Shown here piece after piece: positions 30,501-32,096 of a stretch of DNA of 32,096 nucleotides. The notes under the pieces were generated by a model. It was not told the origin of the DNA, made no database searches, and saw only the letters and a program-made list of their open reading frames with translations. The position numbers and the translations under genes were made by a program. The DNA comes from an uncultured Isosphaeraceae bacterium (GTDB lineage: Bacteria; Planctomycetota; Phycisphaerae; Phycisphaerales; SM1A02), in the NCBI GenBank assembly GCA_964465255.1, contig CAYXKH010000005.1, positions 9,098 to 41,193 on the forward strand, given 5' to 3'. How positions within the stretch are numbered: position 1 is the stretch's first letter; each line of letters opens with the position of its first letter.

Positions 30501-30822
30501 CGAGCTCCTGATCGTCATCACTCCCCACGTGGTCATGAGCCCCTCGTCGCTCCAGGTCGAGCGCGGCAAGAGCCTGACCAACGAGCAGATCGATCGCCTC
30601 TCGCTTCCCGACTGGATGAAGGACCAGATTCGCAAGGGCGAGCTGGAAGGACTCGAGCAGCTCTACGACGACGAGGGACGCCCCATCGAAGAAGGCGCCT
30701 TCCAGAAGTCGTCGCGTCGGCGCATTCCGACTCCGCCGCCGGGACCGACTCGGCCCGAGCCCCGTCCGGAAGCCATGACCCCAGTCCAGGGCGGGTCGTC
30801 AGCCGCAGGAGGCGCACCGTGA
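18583..30822 (+). CDS. giant secretin (type II/III secretion system secretin family), 4,079 aa
   Basis: Single uninterrupted ORF with GAAGGAG 7 nt upstream of the ATG. It has a Sec signal peptide, an N0-like domain, ~41-42 secretin N-domain repeats and a canonical C-terminal secretin domain ending ELLIVITPHVV. Confidence 0.9.
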   Translation: MRHSRSVRGRHVVLASIALSGGAGLGSAQPLQATPPAAPEGPSAVAPPTGGAAPAVAPVTPPGPAVVPAPAPAQAAPEVSFNFKSATWEQVLDFFSRATGLPVVKEVPLPDGVVDYLSPRSYPLPEALETLNILLQTRGVMLRVEAERLYLQKLDDMKRENIPTFIGKLPEGLTNDQIVTLVMPLKNAAAKPVAEQLAQMVASYGSISAMEKQNALVIVETAAQVRRLERIISELDREDVENIVEFLPIRHAKATEMVASLTALMGERVVEYVINPQTNQKVKLEETRLGGMTIAADARTNAIVARGTRAKIDQLKQTIELLDVAGAGERRAMRTFGLRTLTAAVAMPQVAALFNSLPAEGRPMVLPAPDGLRLTVVGPETAIAEAAALLVEIDGAPGSDADDDMTLSVVALNHAAPEAVANTAKAVLGRQLGLVTLTPGADGRSVVVSGPAGLVDSAKAMIAALDRPARSEKSLRLSRLIGSDPASILARAQQLYTAQRDPDDLRAEVVANFDAATQSAILVGEAPALARFGAIIDQLQAAAGPQPDVRVVTLEHATAQEVADFLNALTESELGIMFAGVAGATGASRPLIEPIAGTNTLLVAAQPMQHQVIQSLVRTVDVPQETELPPLRILQLRTADAVNLAQTLMATYSRRSNEERNAKPASITADIQTNALLVAAHPDLLPEIERVVQELNDSNRVDSEGREIRIFPLKVARATELAKTIDEMFPPPPVPVDPRGRPRPELQKPREVVVRADPQTNALIVDAPVQRMAGFQELVQSLDRAEITDEVSIRTWRLQRADVNAAADAIRQLAANGSLGSGAANRRAAVTVTVEPSTRTLVVSAPDEAFESIEQVLTSLDEERALPATSLRFFKLVTARAENVAPMLREILAGRMAEEIPGTPAELQALLKVTTDKKSNVLIISAPPSVMQIAEELVKQIDSTASAAGGVEPIIRVHPLTFASASEVSQSLSSALPTIISKVTGEPVAVRLIPSVGANALILVGIESELKEVEALIEPLDARPALDAVDARTFELKHSVATRIAPLVQNLLTDQQETDPRIVLERLRRSRGQIDTTPKVRVEADERTNRLIVSGPQRVVALAEALIVELDRPDESAEREIATFTPTNADPSTLAATVRQVLENTRGSGQRSTLQVIPEPQSGALLLIGTKEEIARANTLLKSWDERVIAAPSMDLKVLTLRHADPRVVAGPIASLLQDRTRWPERLRQTARAGLPVGQPTVTAEATGPRLLVSAPGELMPLAEAILAELDRPRDGASAIEVRTFTLIQADARGVSDAVRTAMDARATQRPAETRATISPEPSSNAIVATGTPEQLAQIETIVLGLDAGTPRDQAQVRTLFLKHARATEIIPLLESLLVERELIDPKALPTWAQAEYLRIRQQNLAGKPEVRLVADERLNAIVVAAPASVLDAAEQMVAQLDVERGEGGESGDRSVRLLTLRNADATEVAASLEAIFAEEKDREKPPTVRVSTASNGLLVRASERQFATIERVIGDIDRATVATSRQMRTIPIDQSKASAQEIAEMLRRLLGTDDAATSVEVISLEELIKREAGAKPASPAGGKRSMGGAGHWPGSLHALLIESIFALAPVAADGRADDAGATANAEPAPESDGPDVTIAVDPRTNSLVLIGSPRAVERLAELARQAQEQVPSAPQKMRVVTLDRATDPERLRALVAQVLGRITPPGGAAGDLAKRVGLLADPGTNALVIAANDNDFRAVTEILVALGSAPTANDIPIRTIVLERASAAAVAQAVQRFEDERAKLSGVRGRREQRRFAIVGDPTSNTILVAAEDEDFKALEAIVKQFDSPAASAALEMRMYPLRHARAGEIERTVQAVVSDLTWGQPFFVGPRASESSRRDEVAVRSAPHLNALLVTGTGDKFQLVQQIIEALDTPTSANAARVVKLYPVRHSDVDLVAEIVRDAVGGGRERRPWETADPTQARVRVDARTRTIVVVGTESQQAEISQVLAGLDRPGDQKPQQTEVVRVEFAKASELARTLGEFLESRAATAGAGQPTVTIVPSDSANTLLLAGDAAEIATLRDLLTRLDQPGTGGDRRIEIVQIADGKADELARMLVSQFPRGTGGQGVIITPDVRTNSLIVNAPPTLFPQVMALIDRLDAKSLGDVTVIRTYALTGAQADEAVRILGQTLQLDARGQTQQGAVVRLDEDDAQPVNVKARVVADRRSNSLVVSATPESFPVIEALIKRIDDVPARSPVEYRILRLQHALADEVSFTLRQIVRPSGDEPAPRIDYNMAENQLVIGATSDQFEQVAKILEQIDVPSDRVRQTDFVPIKFAGAEKVREALQYFYGPRAIDANTPGRQSVVIVADTATNSLVISADAAEWEGIRALVSKLDSEEYDASQQLRVFPLLHADAAAVARAVNDAFQGRIDRRGQLDAARRGQNAPGADPRTQQLPTVLVESDEWVNAAAETQTNSLIVSASRTNLRKIELIVAQIDTVDFAKLPPPRIIPIGVGNPVQLAETILRMFAPDPAERGGNRSTRGLRIVGDLATSALIVRANDEEFAQVEALAQAIQQEGSAQGLAVKVLPLKAAPAVRVAAAIREAYTAKAKQQNLPLSISVDAAGNSLVIASSAALFAEIRATVEEMDALAPGVGQAIFVIDLEHISPEAVKGVVETIGLDKPQPENSVSKVVSEPIKISLLPGRKSVIVVANPGDRDTVVALFKALDAEPALAQGQMRVVKLKNAQAGALAATLSQILTPAPAQGSQALARAVQEQLRRLAVRRDGLKEEDLRIDLEKPIRVIPDASLNALVVASTPENVQAIEELIAMFDQVPMSDAVVVQIFPLENIAADQFARIVRELFAQGKALGSIPGSKVEAVPAGTVGRALADSVAISIDSRTNTVVVAGKEDAVALVEVLVKRIDTEVATGWVEPRILPLRFADAEELSTTLNAVLVDGATVSPQSNPLQQQVARLRMLRRNGGAFPVPQPPVPSNVQGPPAPNAAPAVVVDAAETMAADIFQPMTRTVIRAERNMNALVVVATPANLEVIGELVRMLDVEAASPSASVRIYPIQHASAAKLAAIVQRVFEQQFQAKSIRAEDRISAQADERSNALVVSTSPRSFAVLESLLKSLDAPIPVDLKEIRTIELKHASAARLAQMIQQLMDARLERLRRVQPETADLERALVIADLRSNSLVVAAGNDTFDVIRRIAVDLDVETLLTSSLVQVITLEKGNADRIRAAVQQILDRRYADLPPEVRQSQRPMVLTDARSNSLLVAAAPEDFDLIRDLVSKLESAPMNPAVGVHVIALTSGRAETLAPRVEALMQSRRQSLGPAAMPSDAVSIQPEAASNSLIVAASNENAEIIRELVGVLTEAEAVGGGRSVEILTLTASRAVDLVPVLNEMYVNEENRRRGQDSVRVTTEPRLNAVVVTGDPGDVEALRGLVARLDGTRPETVVEIKYIPLASANALETVSLVENVLSGRSLAGRAGRQATVLKYMRAESEGGTSTETQVSAAIRESINLTPDVRTNTIIVSAPRDSMEMIERMIRDLDASTVGAQNIRVFRLTNADAEGMAEILKALFSLEQRGDLLVLKPREPSAAPGEGGAGGADGPASGGAAPQGLAGVELSAVPDERQQLSITVDSRTNSLLVSATPTYLDLVAQVVKELDAQEANERETNIYRLKNAVAAEVARVVSTFVEQDQKKLIDTLGSDQLPSAARLLEREVTIVGDDKTNTVLINASPRYMTRVEDIIRELDVDPPQVLIQVLLAEITLDATTETGVDMEAAVDIGEYLVGGGFGLASVAATSVGVPTVPFSKIPQIAVTGPDFSLLIKALQSQGRLQVLSNPSVMAANNEEADIQVGETIRVPESTSFVQGQQQSSVVAEDIGIILKVRPSINPDGFVRMDINPEISELSQRTTQISENFEAPIITRRRANTTVTVRDGETIVIGGLISDRYEKRGNKVPILGDIPVIGFFFRRDIETVAKTELLIVITPHVVMSPSSLQVERGKSLTNEQIDRLSLPDWMKDQIRKGELEGLEQLYDDEGRPIEEGAFQKSSRRRIPTPPPGPTRPEPRPEAMTPVQGGSSAAGGAP
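18817..19050 (+). other. N0/STN-like domain of the secretin
   Basis: VSFNFKSATWEQVLDFFSRATGLPVVKEVPLPDGVVDYLSPRSYPLPEALETLNILLQTRGVMLRVEAERLYL resembles GspD N0 / secretin-TonB N-terminal domains. It is preceded by a signal peptide (18583-~18672) and an Ala/Pro-rich linker. Confidence 0.6.
19111..29815 (+). repeat. protein-level tandem array of ~41-42 secretin N-domain (ring-building-motif) repeats, ~85 aa each
   Basis: A recurring unit has two parts. It begins with a strand/helix such as IRVFPLKHADAxxVAxxL. It ends with d.rTNsLIVsAp...f..Ie.li..LD (e.g. IQTNALLVAAHPDLLPEIERVVQELN, VRTNSLIVNAPPTLFPQVMALIDRLD, SRTNSLLVSATPTYLDLVAQVVKELD). I counted 42 TNxL-type motifs by hand. The units are diverged at the DNA level. 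Confidence 0.8.
29816..30537 (+). other. C-terminal secretin beta-barrel domain
   Basis: VLIQVLLAEITLD; FSLLIKALQSQGRLQVLSNPSVMAANNEEADIQVGE; GIILKVRPSINPDGFVRMDINPEISELS; ITRRRANTTVTVRDGETIVIGGLI; KVPILGDIPVIGFFFRR; ELLIVITPHVV. Confidence 0.9.
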
Positions 30823-31400
30823 GCGTTCGTCGACCCGGAGGCACGCTCTGTCGTTCGAGGCGTTCGGCTGCTCTCGGGTTCGGCGGTGCGATCGTTGCCG
30901 TGCTCGCGGCCTGCCAGACCACGGTCACTCAGGGAAGCAACGTGCGCCCGATGCCTCCGAAGCCCACGGCGGGGCCGGTGACACCGCCGACCGCGGCGGT
31001 GAACAGCGTGGCCCTCCTGCTCCTGAGTCCGAAGGCCCGCGATACTGACGGCAACGGGATTCCCGACACCATCGACGTCGAGGTCTATCTCTTCGCCGAA
31101 CCGTTCCCTGCGCCGGTCTTCGCCGACGGCGAGTTCATCTTCCGGCTCTCCACCGCGGGCACATCCACCGATCGATCCGCCCCCGCCCTGCGCGAATGGC
31201 GCTTCAGCGGCGAAGTGATCCTCGCCGCCCGCTCGCGCGCCCTTGCAGGCCCGTGCTACCGCTTCGCTCTGAGCCTGCTCGCCGACGGCGGCCGCGAACT
31301 CGCGGTCTCGACCGCCGATCTCACTCTCACCTTCCAGGCCTCCGGCGACCGTCCCCCCGTCCACATCTCCGGTGTCCGCACCGTGCAGTTGGTGGGGTAG
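30819..31400 (+). CDS. lipoprotein of unknown function, translationally coupled to the secretin, 193 aa
   Basis: The GTG start overlaps the secretin TGA (GTGA). Lipobox AVLAAC follows a basic n-region. It also has a Pro-rich linker, an Asp-rich DTDGNGIPDTID motif and a beta-rich remainder. Confidence 0.65.
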   Translation: MSVRRPGGTLCRSRRSAALGFGGAIVAVLAACQTTVTQGSNVRPMPPKPTAGPVTPPTAAVNSVALLLLSPKARDTDGNGIPDTIDVEVYLFAEPFPAPVFADGEFIFRLSTAGTSTDRSAPALREWRFSGEVILAARSRALAGPCYRFALSLLADGGRELAVSTADLTLTFQASGDRPPVHISGVRTVQLVG

Positions 31401-31442
31401 CGAACGGACGTCCCGCGAGAACCTCGCAGCGATCGAGTCGGG

Positions 31443-31979
31443 TCAGCGCATTGTCAACCGACCCGGCAGGTTGCCTGTCGCCCGCTCCTCGCGCACGTGG
31501 TGGTGACAGGAGAAGCATGACGCGGCGACGCGGAGATAGGCGGCCTCGGCGGCGACGTGATCGCGAGCCCTGGCCGCTTCGGCGAGGGCGGTCACATCGC
31601 GGCGGAACGACTCGCTGAGGGCGCGATAGGCCACGGTGTCGCTCACTGCGAACGCGGTGCTCAGGCTGAGCTTGCGAAGCTCTTCGGCGTTGGCCTCGAT
31701 CGTGGCGCAGTCGCGCACCGAGACCGCCTGAAGAAGCGGTGCCGCGAAGACGACCTTCATCGACATGATCTCGGCGACCGCCTCGCGATCCACGACACTC
31801 GTCCGGACGGCCTGCGGCCCTGCGAGTGACTCAGGAGGGGTCGTCTGATCGGTCCGCGCCCCAGCATCGCGGCTGGATTCGACTTCGGTCTCCGAGTTGC
31901 AGGCGGCAATCCACGGCACGGCAATTGCAACAGTGGCAAGAAGCACGACGCTGGCACGGCTGACATTGAGACGGGGCAT
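31443..31979 (-). CDS. cytochrome c'-like (class II cytochrome c) lipoprotein, ~178 aa
   Basis: Single heme motif CFSCH ~20 residues from the C-terminus of a helical ~130-aa body, which is the class II cytochrome c arrangement. The start is taken at MPRLNVSRASVVLLATVAIAVPWIAAC (signal peptide with lipobox IAAC). The coordinate is derived from the ORF-track frame; my hand check of this ATG did not close (cat read at 31976-31978, out of frame), so treat the exact start as uncertain by a few nt. Confidence 0.6.
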   Translation of the reverse strand: MPRLNVSRASVVLLATVAIAVPWIAACNSETEVESSRDAGARTDQTTPPESLAGPQAVRTSVVDREAVAEIMSMKVVFAAPLLQAVSVRDCATIEANAEELRKLSLSTAFAVSDTVAYRALSESFRRDVTALAEAARARDHVAAEAAYLRVAASCFSCHHHVREERATGNLPGRLTMR

Positions 31980-32096
31980 GGTGTGACTCGCTTTCGGTGG
32001 AAGTTGGCAGCAGTGCCGATCGACGCGCTGCCAGGCGATGACTGACGTCTGAGAGTATCGCAGTGTCGCGCTCGCGCGGCGCACTGGTCCCGGCCC

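Overview
High-GC (~68-70%) bacterial chromosomal window, tightly packed with mostly housekeeping genes, many joined by 1-4 nt start/stop overlaps. In order: uvrB, a MacB/LolCDE-type ABC pair (FtsX permease and ATPase), gcvH, an unusually long (~850 bp) repeat-rich intergenic region containing a ~47% GC island, a xylose-isomerase-like TIM-barrel gene, cmk, a plsC-like acyltransferase, a P1B-type metal ATPase, gpsA, a hotdog thioesterase, purN, a secreted TPR/HExxH/PDZ protein, a DUF502 membrane protein, and hpf-ptsN-HPr. The last 40% of the window is one 12.2-kb ORF. It encodes a 4,079-aa secretin with a signal peptide, an N0-like domain, roughly 41-42 tandem secretin N-domain repeats, and a canonical C-terminal secretin barrel. 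A small lipoprotein gene is translationally coupled to its stop codon, followed by a convergent cytochrome c'-like lipoprotein. No rRNA, tRNA, CRISPR array, transposase or integrase was recognised. Gene content (giant secretin, DUF1570-like HExxH protein, DUF502) and GC hint at a Planctomycetota-like organism, with low confidence. The stand-out candidate for novel biology is the mega-secretin with its coupled lipoprotein, which has no secretion-machinery neighbours. Many very long antisense ORFs in the track are high-GC shadow ORFs and were not called. All family assignments come from reading motifs by eye; no database search was run.
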